NCBI GenBank assembly: GCA_041695225.1
Contig: JBGFRI010000037.1
Location: 32,001 to 96,000 of the forward strand
DNA: 64,000 nt
Direction of reading: 5' to 3'
DNA from: Deinococcota bacterium
GTDB lineage: Bacteria; Deinococcota; Deinococci; Deinococcales; Thermaceae
A program made the translations under genes and the position numbers. Of this stretch, positions 21,695-30,536 are shown in pieces. Below the pieces are notes generated by a model. It had not been told where the DNA came from. It made no database searches and saw only the letters and a list, made by a program, of their open reading frames with translations. Position 1 is the stretch's first letter. Each line of letters opens with the position of its first letter.

Positions 21695-21985
21695 ATGGTC
21701 GAAAGGTTGACTGAACAGTTTCTCGAGGACGAAGCCCTCACCGACGGGCTCACCGATGAAGAGGCCAGCGAGCTGGTGGGCTGGCTGATCGGTATTGCAG
21801 AAGACCTCGAGGCCGAGCGAAGCCAGGTACCTGAGCAGTATCTGAGCCAGCTCAAACGACTCGGGCGCGAGCTCGCCCGAATAGCCCGCCGATACAAGGT
21901 CCCGATGGATGAACTGATAGATCTGATTGAAGCTGCCTGGGAAGAGCCGGACCAAGAGCCATTTCCCAAACCCATGCAAGCCTGA
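21695..21985 (+). CDS. hypothetical acidic protein
   Basis: 96-aa ORF (EQFLEDEALTDGLTDEEA...), TAGTAT-like -10 upstream. Confidence 0.75.
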   Translation: MVERLTEQFLEDEALTDGLTDEEASELVGWLIGIAEDLEAERSQVPEQYLSQLKRLGRELARIARRYKVPMDELIDLIEAAWEEPDQEPFPKPMQA

Positions 21986-22083
21986 AAGGGGCCAGAGTCT
22001 GGCCGGTCAAAGATTAAGATTTCTTAATGTTGGTTGGTGCAAATGTAACGCCTTAGTAACGATGTAGCGGTTACTCTACGGGC

Positions 22084-22266
22084 ATGAGCAGGGAGTATGT
22101 ACTGCGGCTCGAGTTTGGCAACACCCGGCCCTTCCGGGTCAGGCCCCATCCCATGAGTGCCGTACGCACTTCTGTGCGCAACTGGTTGCTGCCTGCCCTC
22201 AGCGAATTTAGCGGACATGTTGCCACCCGCACCCACGCCGGTCAACGCCCGCGACACCTGGCCTGA
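22084..22266 (+). CDS. putative small leaderless protein (60 aa)
   Basis: TACTCT-N6-ATG and a downstream terminator-like hairpin. Confidence 0.55.
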   Translation: MSREYVLRLEFGNTRPFRVRPHPMSAVRTSVRNWLLPALSEFSGHVATRTHAGQRPRHLA

Positions 22267-22283
22267 AACCCTCAGCTACCTGG

Positions 22284-22320
22284 CAACTGCCCCGTGCCTC
22301 CCGGTGGCAGTTGATTTTTT
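22284..22320 (+). terminator. intrinsic terminator-like hairpin
   Basis: CAACTGCC...GGCAGTTG followed by ATTTTTT. Confidence 0.6.
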
Positions 22321-22409
22321 GAAGAAGGGCAGTTCTATGCGTCACCAAATGGTCTTGGTCGTACCCGTTTACAGTGGCCAGTCTGAAATGGGGCAGAATT
22401 GTTGGCGTG

Positions 22410-23303
22410 ATGGAAGCAGAAATAGTTGTGATCGGGGCGGGAATTGCCGGGCTGTGTGCGGCCAGGGTGCTTAGGGATGCCGGCAAAGAGGTTCTGGTGG
22501 TAGCCCGCGAGCTGGGCGAGGCCAGTCGGGTGGCCGATGCGTTGCTGAACCCGGTGCGGGGCAAGCGTGGGACCGTGGCCCCAGAGGCTCCAGAGGCCCT
22601 GGCGGCCCTCTGGGATTTCTACCCGCGTTTTGTTCCTGTTCGCCAGGGCATTTTGCGCCCGGTTCCCCTGGTCCACAGGGAGGAGTGGAAGGCCAGGTTA
22701 GCGGGCCAAAAGATTCCCCACCAGTGGCTGGATGAAGGGCTCTACCTGGAAAGTGCGGGCTGGCTCGAGACCACCCCCCTGCTACACCGCCTGGCCCAGG
22801 GCCTAAAGATAGTCTATGCCGAAGTAAAGCGGCTTCAGGGCAGTAAAATTTACCTGCAGGACCCTGCTTGCCCACCCCTAAATGCCAAACGTATTGTCTA
22901 CGCCGGAGGGGCTAGCGGAGCGCACCTGCTGGAGCTGGGCGGGCGCTTTACCCCGGGTTCGGTGCTGGCAACCAGGGAGTTCTTTAAGCAGGCCCGTTCG
23001 TATGGGGTGTATCTAGCAGGGCGCAGCCTGGGGAGCAGTTATCTGCCGCACCAGGAGTTCTACTTACCTCACCAGACCCAGCCCCACGAAACTACCTGGC
23101 TGCTGGCCGAGGCCGAAAAACTGCTGGGTGAGCGGCCCCAGGTTCACTCTTCCTGGGCCGGGGTGCGCTACCGGCTAGACAAAAATTACCTCCGCGAAAT
23201 TCCCGGAGGCTATGCGCTTACGGGATTTGGCTCGGCGGCCTACTTCTACGCTCCGCTCTACGCCCAGCGCTTGTTAAGGCGTCTGTCAAAAGATTCCTGG
23301 TAG
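22410..23303 (+). CDS. FAD-dependent oxidoreductase (DAO-like)
   Basis: [21 protein letters not shown]. Confidence 0.85.
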   Translation: MEAEIVVIGAGIAGLCAARVLRDAGKEVLVVARELGEASRVADALLNPVRGKRGTVAPEAPEALAALWDFYPRFVPVRQGILRPVPLVHREEWKARLAGQKIPHQWLDEGLYLESAGWLETTPLLHRLAQGLKIVYAEVKRLQGSKIYLQDPACPPLNAKRIVYAGGASGAHLLELGGRFTPGSVLATREFFKQARSYGVYLAGRSLGSSYLPHQEFYLPHQTQPHETTWLLAEAEKLLGERPQVHSSWAGVRYRLDKNYLREIPGGYALTGFGSAAYFYAPLYAQRLLRRLSKDSW

Positions 23304-23313
23304 ACTGTGGCCG

Positions 23314-24108
23314 ATGCGCCAGTACCACGAGTTACTCCAGTACGTGCTTCAGCGCGGCTTAGAAAAACCCGACCGCACCGGAACCGGAACCCGCTCGGTC
23401 TTTGGCTACCAGATGCGCTTTGACCTGGGGCAGGGCTTTCCTCTGGTCACCACCAAAAAACTTCACTGGAAGAGCATTGTCTACGAGCTGCTGTGGTTTT
23501 TACAGGGCGATACCAATGTGCGTTATCTCAACGATAAAGGCGTCTCGATCTGGGATGAGTGGGCCGACCCCCAGGGTGATCTGGGGCCGGTATATGGCAA
23601 GCAGTGGCGTAGCTGGGAAGGGGCTGGTGGCCAGAGCATAGACCAGATGGCCTGGGTTTTGCAGGAGATCCGGCGCAACCCCCAGTCGCGCCGCCTGATG
23701 GTGAGCGCCTGGAACGTGGCCGACCTGCCCCGAATGGCCCTGGCGCCCTGCCACGTGCTTTTTCAGTTTTATGTAGCCCAGGGCAGGCTCTCCTGCCAGC
23801 TATACCAGCGCAGCGCCGATGTTTTTCTGGGTGTTCCCTTCAACATTGCCTCGTACTCCTTGCTGACCTTGATGGTGGCCCAGGTATCGGGCCTAAAGCC
23901 TGGGGAGTTTGTCCATACCTTTGGCGATGCCCACCTCTACAACAATCACCTTGAACAAGCCCGGCTACAGTTAGCGCGTGAGCCTCGCCCCCTGCCCACG
24001 GTAGAGCTCAACCCGGTCGTGACTGATCTGTTTGCATTTAATTACGAAGATATTGTGCTTAAGGGCTATAACCCCCATCCCCCTATTCCTGCCCCGGTTG
24101 CGGTCTGA
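23314..24108 (+). CDS. thyA: thymidylate synthase
   Basis: [41 protein letters not shown]. Confidence 0.98.
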   Translation: MRQYHELLQYVLQRGLEKPDRTGTGTRSVFGYQMRFDLGQGFPLVTTKKLHWKSIVYELLWFLQGDTNVRYLNDKGVSIWDEWADPQGDLGPVYGKQWRSWEGAGGQSIDQMAWVLQEIRRNPQSRRLMVSAWNVADLPRMALAPCHVLFQFYVAQGRLSCQLYQRSADVFLGVPFNIASYSLLTLMVAQVSGLKPGEFVHTFGDAHLYNNHLEQARLQLAREPRPLPTVELNPVVTDLFAFNYEDIVLKGYNPHPPIPAPVAV

Positions 24109-24590
24109 TGAACAAGATTGTGCTGGTGGCCGCAATGGACAAAAACCGTGCCATTGGCCGGGGGGGTGCGCTGCCCTGGCACCTGCCCGACGACCTCAAG
24201 CGCTTTAAGCGCCTGACCCTGGGCAAGACCGTGCTGATGGGCCGCAAGACTTTCCAGAGCATTGGTCGCCCGCTGCCCGGGCGCCGTAACCTGATCCTGA
24301 CCAGAGATGTCAGCTTCAGGCCAGAGGGTGTTGAGCTGGTTCACTCAGTTGAAGACGCGCTAAAACTGGACAGCGAAATCATGGTAATTGGAGGCGGGGA
24401 AGTCTACGCCCTGACCCTGCCAATAGCCACCCAGATGCACCTGACCCTGGTGGATGCCGTTATTTGGGATGCCGATGCTTTTTTCCCGGACTGGTCTAGC
24501 CTGGAATGGCGTGAGACCTTGCGGGAGTTCCATCCCGCCGACCCGCGACATGCCTTTGCCTTCAGTTATGTAGATTTAGAGCGAGTCTGA
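24108..24590 (+). CDS. folA: dihydrofolate reductase
   Basis: LPWHLPDDLKRF, MGRKTF, LPGRRN, IGGGEVY; start overlaps the thyA stop. Confidence 0.97.
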   Translation: MNKIVLVAAMDKNRAIGRGGALPWHLPDDLKRFKRLTLGKTVLMGRKTFQSIGRPLPGRRNLILTRDVSFRPEGVELVHSVEDALKLDSEIMVIGGGEVYALTLPIATQMHLTLVDAVIWDADAFFPDWSSLEWRETLREFHPADPRHAFAFSYVDLERV

Positions 24591-24761
24591 CCACTGGAAA
24601 GAACAGGCTCTAGCTGCTTCTTTAGGCAGGGTTTGAGCTAGTAACGCCACGCTGGACTTGTAGCGGTAGGTGGAGCGCTGAAGTCGAGAAGGTCTGCCTA
24701 TCACTCTTGGAGCCAAACCCCTGCGACCAACCCAACTTATCATCTTTCCCTGACAAACAAG

Positions 24762-24884
24762 TGCTATACTTACCTCAAGTTGAGATTACGAGCGGCGCTC
24801 CCCAAGGTTCGAAACGGTGAGGGGCGCGTTTGTGTCGTTTTCGCTCAACCCCTCGCCCTGTGGCGGGGTTTGCGGATCAGGTGA
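24762..24884 (+). promoter_or_regulatory. hflX extended -10 promoter and structured leader with uORF (24780-24884)
   Basis: TGCTATACT; TTG-start ORF (M)RLRAALPKVR...LRIR*; two GC-rich hairpins. Confidence 0.45.
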
Positions 24885-24891
24885 TTGATTA

Positions 24892-26568
24892 GTGGAGAAA
24901 ATCTTCGGACGCACCAACGGTCTCAAGCCCAGCGAAAAGAAGCGTCTTGCCAACCTGTACAACCGCCGTGTGCCGTTCAACCGGCTGCTTTCGGCCGAGT
25001 TGGCTCGTACCCTGGCGGCCCTATCGGGGGAACTCCAGAAGCCCATCAGCCTGCTTTTGGACAGGGGAGGTCGGGTGATTCGCGTTGCAATTGGGGATGC
25101 CAGGGAGTTGCCTGTACCCGAGTCGGCCCTGGTGGAAACCCGGCTTTCCGGGTACCGGGTCTTGCACACCCATCTGGGCAACGGGGGGCTTTCGCGGCCC
25201 GACCTCTCGATGCTGTTCCTGCACCGACTGGACGCAATGACTGCCCTGGAGGTAGAGAACGGCCAGCCTACCAAACTGCACCTGGCCCAGCTATCTCCAC
25301 CCAAGGCCGAACAAGAGGACTGGCAGATTTTCCCTTCCAGGCCCTACCACGAGTATCTCGACTGGGATGTAGCAGCGGCAGTACAGGCGCTGGAAGAAGA
25401 GCTGTCGCGCCAGGCCAGGGGCCTTGACCTGAAGGATGGGTCCGGCGAGCGGGCGGTGCTGGTCGGCGTGGATCGGGGCGAGGGAGTGCAGGCCGAAGTA
25501 GATCTGGCTGAGCTGGTTGAGCTGGCCTGCACTGCCGGGGCGGTGGTGGCACACAAAGAACTGGTTTTCCGGCCCGGCCTCGACCCGCGTTACGCCATTG
25601 GGCGTGGCAAGGTAGATGATCTGGTCTCCCAGGCTTATCACCAGAATGCGGGAACCCTCATCTTTGGCATCGAGCTGAGCGCGGCTCAGGCCAGAGAGCT
25701 GGAGACCATTACCGGCCTGAAGATTCTGGACCGCACCCAGCTTATTCTCGACATTTTCGCCCAGCACGCCCGTACCCCCGAGGCCAGAGTGCAGGTTGAG
25801 CTGGCCCAGCTCAAATACCTCTTGCCGCGACTGGTGGGCAAGGGTAAGGATTTATCTCGTCTGGGCGGGGGTATTGGAACGCGCGGGCCGGGTGAGACCA
25901 AGCTCGAGGTAGGCCGCCGCCGCCTGCAAGACCGTATTGCTGAGCTTACCCGCAAGTTGCGAGAAATTGCTGGTCGTCGCAAGGAAACCCGGCGCAGGCG
26001 TGACAAGTCTGGGCTGCCGGTGGTTAGCGTGGTGGGCTACACCAACGCCGGCAAGACCACCCTAATGCATGCCCTGGCCAGGAAAGGTGACGAAGGAGAG
26101 AACAAGCTCTTTGCTACTCTGCGCCCACTTACCCGCCGGGGTTTCGTGCCTGGAATTGGCGAGGTGCTCTACACCGATACCGTGGGCTTCATCCGCCATA
26201 TGCCGGCCGACCTGGTGGAAGCCTTTCGCTCGACGCTGGAAGAGCTGCGCGATGCTGACATACTGCTGCACGTTCTGGATGCCTCGCAAGAAGGGGCCCT
26301 GGAGCGCTATCAGGTGGTCGAAAACCTGCTGGCCCACCTGGGGGTAGAGTCCCGGCGTATCCTGGTGCTCGCCAAAGCCGACGCTACAGGTGGCTACGAC
26401 CTCGAGTATCTCAAGGAACGCCTGGGTGGCCTGCCGGTCTCTGCCGTCAAGGGTCGGGGCCTAAACGAGCTCAAACAGGCCGTGGCCGACGAACTGATTG
26501 CCCAGGGGGTGCGCCCAGCAGCCTGGGCCTACCTCCCGGCGGAACCAATAGCTGCCGTTCCAGCCTAG
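24892..26568 (+). CDS. hflX: GTPase HflX with N-terminal extension
   Basis: DRTQLILDIFA, QVELAQL, GPGETKLE, GYTNAGKT, DTVGFI. Confidence 0.95.
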   Translation: MEKIFGRTNGLKPSEKKRLANLYNRRVPFNRLLSAELARTLAALSGELQKPISLLLDRGGRVIRVAIGDARELPVPESALVETRLSGYRVLHTHLGNGGLSRPDLSMLFLHRLDAMTALEVENGQPTKLHLAQLSPPKAEQEDWQIFPSRPYHEYLDWDVAAAVQALEEELSRQARGLDLKDGSGERAVLVGVDRGEGVQAEVDLAELVELACTAGAVVAHKELVFRPGLDPRYAIGRGKVDDLVSQAYHQNAGTLIFGIELSAAQARELETITGLKILDRTQLILDIFAQHARTPEARVQVELAQLKYLLPRLVGKGKDLSRLGGGIGTRGPGETKLEVGRRRLQDRIAELTRKLREIAGRRKETRRRRDKSGLPVVSVVGYTNAGKTTLMHALARKGDEGENKLFATLRPLTRRGFVPGIGEVLYTDTVGFIRHMPADLVEAFRSTLEELRDADILLHVLDASQEGALERYQVVENLLAHLGVESRRILVLAKADATGGYDLEYLKERLGGLPVSAVKGRGLNELKQAVADELIAQGVRPAAWAYLPAEPIAAVPA

Positions 26569-26569
26569 G

Positions 26570-26612
26570 GTATAGCCGACCCCGGCCAGAAACTCACGCC
26601 GCGCTGCTGGTG
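26570..26612 (-). pseudogene. scar of a parE-like toxin gene
   Basis: tatagccgaccccggccagaaactcacgccgcgctgctg nearly matches 28991-29030 inside the ParE ORF. Confidence 0.7.
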
Positions 26613-26636
26613 GACATGGTTGGGTCTGCGGTAGGC

Positions 26637-26714
26637 GGCCAACGTGTGAGTTCAACCGCATGCGACAGACTGCGAAGCCCGCCTTAGGCCGTCGGGTGCA
26701 ACGAAGGGTTAGCC
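26637..26714 (-). other. attC site (LysE cassette)
   Basis: minus strand GGCTAAC...imperfect palindrome...GTTGGCC, directly after the ORF stop. Confidence 0.88.
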
Positions 26715-26715
26715 G

Positions 26716-27330
26716 TCACTGCTCGCTCGTGGCCAGGCGTGTGCCCAGAGCGGCGAATGACGCCGCAAACCCGTAGCGCAGTGCGTTCTGAACGCGGACA
26801 GACTCAATGACAAAGCGCCGAAAACCGTCCGCCAAGAAGCCATAGACGACAAAGACGACAAAGGTCATTGCCATGAAGACAGCGCTGAGAAGGAGCAGGT
26901 GGGCGAGTGGTTGGATGGAGGCTGGATCGACGAACTGAGGCAGGAAGGCCAGAAAGAAGATGGTCAGCTTGGGATTCAGGATGTTCAGCAAGAAAGCCTT
27001 GATCAACAGGGCGGTGGCTGATGCTTTGGACATACTGCCGTCGACGGAAAAGGCCGAGCGATCACGCCAGGTGACGATGGCCAGATAGAAGAGATAAGCC
27101 ACCCCGGCGTACTTGAGGACCTGAAAGGCCAAGGCACTGGTGTGCATGACGGCCGCGAGGCCCAACACCGTCGCCAAGAGATGCGGAAGGATGCCCAAGG
27201 TACAGCCGACGGCTGCAAAGACGCTCGCGCGGCGACCGCGAGTGAGACCGGTGGAGACGGTATAGACGACACCGGCTCCCGGGATCAGAACTACAACCAG
27301 CGAGGTGATGAGAAACTCGAGTGTGATCAT
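26716..27330 (-). CDS. LysE/RhtB family translocator (gene cassette)
   Basis: IPGAGV, LKYAGVAYLFY, LNILNPKLTIFFLAFLPQF. Confidence 0.92.
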   Translation of the reverse strand: MITLEFLITSLVVVLIPGAGVVYTVSTGLTRGRRASVFAAVGCTLGILPHLLATVLGLAAVMHTSALAFQVLKYAGVAYLFYLAIVTWRDRSAFSVDGSMSKASATALLIKAFLLNILNPKLTIFFLAFLPQFVDPASIQPLAHLLLLSAVFMAMTFVVFVVYGFLADGFRRFVIESVRVQNALRYGFAASFAALGTRLATSEQ

Positions 27331-27357
27331 GCTGAGTGGCTACGCGTGGATGGTGAC

Positions 27358-27421
27358 GGCTAACGTGCGAGCTAACCGGCGCGCGGCTTTTTGCGCGTCC
27401 GCGTTGAGCGATTTGTTAGCC
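27358..27421 (-). other. attC site (64 bp)
   Basis: GGCTAACAAATCGCTCAACGCGGACGCGCAAAAAGCCGCGCGCCGGTTAGCTCGCACGTTAGCC. Confidence 0.92.
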
Positions 27422-28205
27422 CGCCGCCGTCGTCATATGAACGCTTGGCACGAGCCTGAGCTACCTTCTGAACGATGAGTGCACCGACGCTGACGGTGCC
27501 AATAAGCACAAGGGTCATGACACCAGCGGTGCCTGTTGTTAGCAAAGCCGCGACGTAGTTGCCTTGCGTCAACTGAGTTACTGCCTGCGCGCCTCCGAGT
27601 GCAAGTGGGGCGATGCAGAACTTGCGCGAAGTCTCAAGAAGCTTCAATAGGCTATCGGATTTTACCGATGGGCTTTGACCCATTGGAATGTCGTAGCTGA
27701 ATACCTCTCGAATAAAGCTATCAGTCTGGTGGCTTCGCATTGAGCGTGAAAAGATACATTGCATTGCCGTAACCAGAACTTCTTGACTGACTTCAACTTT
27801 GTCTCTGAACTCGGGCTCAGCGAAAAACGGCCACGGTTGAAACACATTAGCCACGAGGCTTGGAGTGCCAACGGTTGCCAAGAAATCTATGAAGAGTTCC
27901 TTGGCATCGCTTTCTTTCTGAAAAGAAACGAAGAGTCGATTAAAGTACCGCCGGATACTCGGGTGCCAATATGGAGAGAAGTAGTCCGGCGGAAAGCCAC
28001 GTAATAGCTCGATTACTTGCCGATAGTTGTTGTCATCGAGGATGCTCGATACCGGGATACCAAGAACCTCGGCCAAAATTATCTCTGGCTTGTCGCTGTC
28101 AATCCCAAGCTCGGAAACCGGGACGGTAGCAATATGAACGATATTGGCTGCCTCGCGCCCTACAAAGGAACGCTGAGTGACAGTGCCACCGACAATTTCT
28201 CCCAT
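27372..28205 (-). CDS. hypothetical protein with C-terminal hydrophobic helices (gene cassette)
   Basis: 277-aa lower-GC ORF with SD GGAGG; its 3' end reads into the attC. Confidence 0.8.
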   Translation of the reverse strand: MGEIVGGTVTQRSFVGREAANIVHIATVPVSELGIDSDKPEIILAEVLGIPVSSILDDNNYRQVIELLRGFPPDYFSPYWHPSIRRYFNRLFVSFQKESDAKELFIDFLATVGTPSLVANVFQPWPFFAEPEFRDKVEVSQEVLVTAMQCIFSRSMRSHQTDSFIREVFSYDIPMGQSPSVKSDSLLKLLETSRKFCIAPLALGGAQAVTQLTQGNYVAALLTTGTAGVMTLVLIGTVSVGALIVQKVAQARAKRSYDDGGGLTNRSTRTRKKPRAG

Positions 28206-28233
28206 GTTGCTCCTCCCGAATGATTTGATTGAT

Positions 28234-28509
28234 GGCTAACTAGTAGTTATACCGCACCTGCGGTATAACACACAAAATAGGGATGTTATGCCGCAATTTT
28301 TGAGATTCAGAGTCAGACGATACTGTAGTCATCTAAAAGATCCCCCTTCCTGAACTCAGTGCATGATTCCATTGAGGTTCGACACCTGGCTGGTAGCACC
28401 GAGAGGCCGTATCTGTACTACGCGGCCTATTTTACCAGGTTCCACCGGCTCACCGCCACGCAAGGGTCGGCGTTGCCGACTACCAGCCGCCAACGGGACG
28501 GCTCGAGCC
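28234..28509 (-). other. attI-like site and upstream platform, copy 1
   Basis: GCGGTATAAC-TACTA-GTTAGCC core, 24-bp palindrome, third GTTATGCCGCA motif, TGGTAAAAT extended -10 at 28429-28437. Confidence 0.7.
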
Positions 28510-28697
28510 AGCCCCGCCCGGGATCGCCTCGGGGCTAGCCTACGCTTTCCCAATCCATCCTGGTTGCCTGGGTCAAGGTTTATCAGATGAAGGCGGCCGC
28601 CGGTTAGTCGAACTGCTCCATAGTCCCTTGCGCCGATAGTTCGCAAGCCGTCATCGTTCATAAGGGATGCCGTGACTACCATTTTCGTGTCCATGTG

Positions 28698-28755
28698 GCA
28701 TACCATTTCAACTCAGCCGCCGGCGTGGCCGGTCCGCTGGAGTTATTTGTTAGCG
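28698..28755 (-). other. attC site (ParE cassette), R' degenerate
   Basis: CGCTAACAAATAACTCCAGC...GCTGAGTTGAAATGGTATGC. Confidence 0.8.
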
Positions 28756-29052
28756 GTCCTGGACACGTGATTGCCAGTAGCCTGGCCGACGCGAGTGATG
28801 CGCGAGCGCAAAGATGGTAATCCCATCGGCATCGGGCCGATATACAACAGCAAAAGGAAAGTCCTTAAGAAAAATTCGCCGAGTATTTTTGGTCGCGGGC
28901 GAACCAGCAAGCGGAAAGGCTAAGGCACGAGCCGTTGCCTCCTCGACGGCCGCAACGAAACGTGCGCCGAGCCCAGACTCCTCCTGGTTGTAATAGTCGA
29001 CCTCGGCCAGAAATTCACGCCGCGCTGCTGCGACGAATCTGGCACGCTTCAC
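28750..29052 (-). CDS. RelE/ParE family toxin
   Basis: AARREFLAEVDYY..GLGARF, FPFAVVY, IFALAHHSRRPGYW. Confidence 0.9.
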   Translation of the reverse strand: MKRARFVAAARREFLAEVDYYNQEESGLGARFVAAVEEATARALAFPLAGSPATKNTRRIFLKDFPFAVVYRPDADGITIFALAHHSRRPGYWQSRVQDR

Positions 29053-29276
29053 CGAGTCAGGCCCCGCGCCTGGGCAAAAACGTCCTCTGCGGCGTAGGCT
29101 TGCGTCTCACCACGGTCAAACTCAGCAACTCGCTCTTCGATCTCCTGAGCCCACGCCGTCTCTATCTCAGAAAGAGGCGTCTGTAGTGACTCAAGTAGTG
29201 CCTCTGCGAGCCTGGCGCGGTCCTCTGCTGCCAAAGCCCGGGCTTGTCGTTCGATCTTTTCAAAGGAAGCAGCCAT
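29049..29276 (-). CDS. addiction-module antitoxin
   Basis: ALAAEDRARLAEALLESL..AWAQEIEERV; overlaps the toxin start by 4 nt. Confidence 0.9.
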   Translation of the reverse strand: MAASFEKIERQARALAAEDRARLAEALLESLQTPLSEIETAWAQEIEERVAEFDRGETQAYAAEDVFAQARGLTR

Positions 29277-29326
29277 ACCAAACCTCGCAGTCTAAATTTA
29301 CACCATGAACAACATCATGTGTTGGT

Positions 29327-29385
29327 CGCCAACACCAGGCATGAGCCGCACGGTTTATCACCTCGGCTCCATGCCCTGGCTAGGT
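29327..29385 (-). other. attC site (59 bp, VapBC cassette), R'' degenerate
   Basis: ACCTAGCCAGGGCATGGAGCCG...CGGCTCATGCCTGGTGTTGGCG. Confidence 0.8.
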
Positions 29386-29783
29386 GTGATGGTGTACTGC
29401 GCCTTCTGGTACGGCACAATAACGTCCTGAAGCAAGGGAAAGTGTTTCCGGTTGAGCGTTACGAGCGGAGCCTGCCGCTGGGTCGCTGTCGCAGCGATGA
29501 GGTCGTCCGCCAGCCTCACACTGTGACTTTTCCTGTAGTCTCGGCGATAGAGACCACCTTGGACTGCCAGGCGCAAGTCGAGTGGGATGATTTCAAAGGC
29601 CAGGAGGAACTGCTCCAGACGTGCTCGTTCCTCGCCTTCTCGGATGCCCGCGTACAACTCTGCCACCGTGACCACAGAGATGAGGAGCCGCTCTTGTCGT
29701 GCCTCGACATAGCTGACGGCTGCGGGATAGTCGAGCAGATAATCAATCAGGACATCAGTGTCGATCAGCAATTGGGTCGCCAT
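29358..29783 (-). CDS. vapC: VapC PIN-domain toxin
   Basis: LIDTDVLID, SVVTVAELYAG, DDLIAATA, LVTLNRKHF. Confidence 0.9.
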   Translation of the reverse strand: MATQLLIDTDVLIDYLLDYPAAVSYVEARQERLLISVVTVAELYAGIREGEERARLEQFLLAFEIIPLDLRLAVQGGLYRRDYRKSHSVRLADDLIAATATQRQAPLVTLNRKHFPLLQDVIVPYQKAQYTITPSQGMEPR

Positions 29784-30027
29784 CGTCGGGTTCCGTCTGC
29801 CGGTCACATTCGTGTCGCAAATCGGTAAGTGAGGGAAGATCGGTCCGGTCTTTCCACATACCATGTGCTTGCCGCAGCAGACGCAGGCGATCCTCAGACA
29901 AGAACGCCGCGATCAATTGCTTAATGGCGTAATGGACTAATTCGTCTGGTGTTTTCCCCGCACTTTGCGCCATGGTCTCTAGCGCCGCTTGTTCTTGTTC
30001 TGTCAGGTGCAGTCCTGCTATAGCCAT
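29755..30027 (-). CDS. VapB-like (RHH/CopG-type) antitoxin
   Basis: LTEQEQAALETMAQSAGKTPDELV..AHGMWKDRTD; lies upstream of and overlaps vapC. Confidence 0.8.
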   Translation of the reverse strand: MAIAGLHLTEQEQAALETMAQSAGKTPDELVHYAIKQLIAAFLSEDRLRLLRQAHGMWKDRTDLPSLTDLRHECDRQTEPDDGDPIADRH

Positions 30028-30118
30028 CGGGCATTCCCTTCCTTTCGTGTATACCACTTTAAGACCATGGGAAGCAACAATCAAGCGCTTTCGTGTTCGG
30101 GCTGCCAAGGCCGAAGGC

Positions 30119-30222
30119 ACCAAACGCCGGGAATCACCTGCCGCGCACTCAACAGTACAAGCACCAAAGTCTCGCGGATGAAAGCCAAGCTATTCGCGGT
30201 CGGGTGTATGCCGTTGTTAGAT
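30119..30222 (-). other. attC site (104 bp)
   Basis: ATCTAACAACGGCATACACCCGACCGCG...CGCGGCAGGTGATTCCCGGCGTTTGGT. Confidence 0.8.
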
Positions 30223-30259
30223 TTGCGTGCCATTACTCAAGATTCGATCGCGGGTGTTC

Positions 30260-30484
30260 TCATTTGCGTGACAGATTATCTATGCCTGAACTAACGTTAC
30301 TTACGCCCATCTCGACGAGACTTACTTCGTCGTGTAAATCTTTTAAGGTGTAGCCTCCCCCAAGACTTTCAATCGCGGTTTCCACACCCTCCAATCTTTC
30401 AATAACATCGCTCAATTTATCTGAGATTTCGCTGAGCTTTAACCCAAGAGACTCAACAGCAAAAAGCAGCTCTTCCATGCTCAT
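30260..30484 (-). CDS. hypothetical small acidic coiled-coil protein (gene cassette)
   Basis: 74-aa low-GC ORF with SD GGAGG between GTTATGT (30537-30543) and an attC. Confidence 0.7.
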   Translation of the reverse strand: MSMEELLFAVESLGLKLSEISDKLSDVIERLEGVETAIESLGGGYTLKDLHDEVSLVEMGVSNVSSGIDNLSRK

Positions 30485-30536
30485 TCCTCCCGCTTCCTAT
30501 TCTTCGCCAGATTCAATACTATGACTGGGCTACTAC

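Noticed and set aside
21025..21975. 316-aa minus-strand ORF
   Set aside because: Antisense to two better-supported genes and spans a repeat; likely a GC-rich shadow ORF.
28520..28615. A sixth attC site
   Set aside because: A GACTAAC is present on the minus strand, but I find no convincing palindrome or matching GTTRRRY.
28300..28710. Integron integrase next to attI (also 30620-31000)
   Set aside because: The short ORFs here show no tyrosine-recombinase R-H-R-Y motifs or IntI-like N-terminus.
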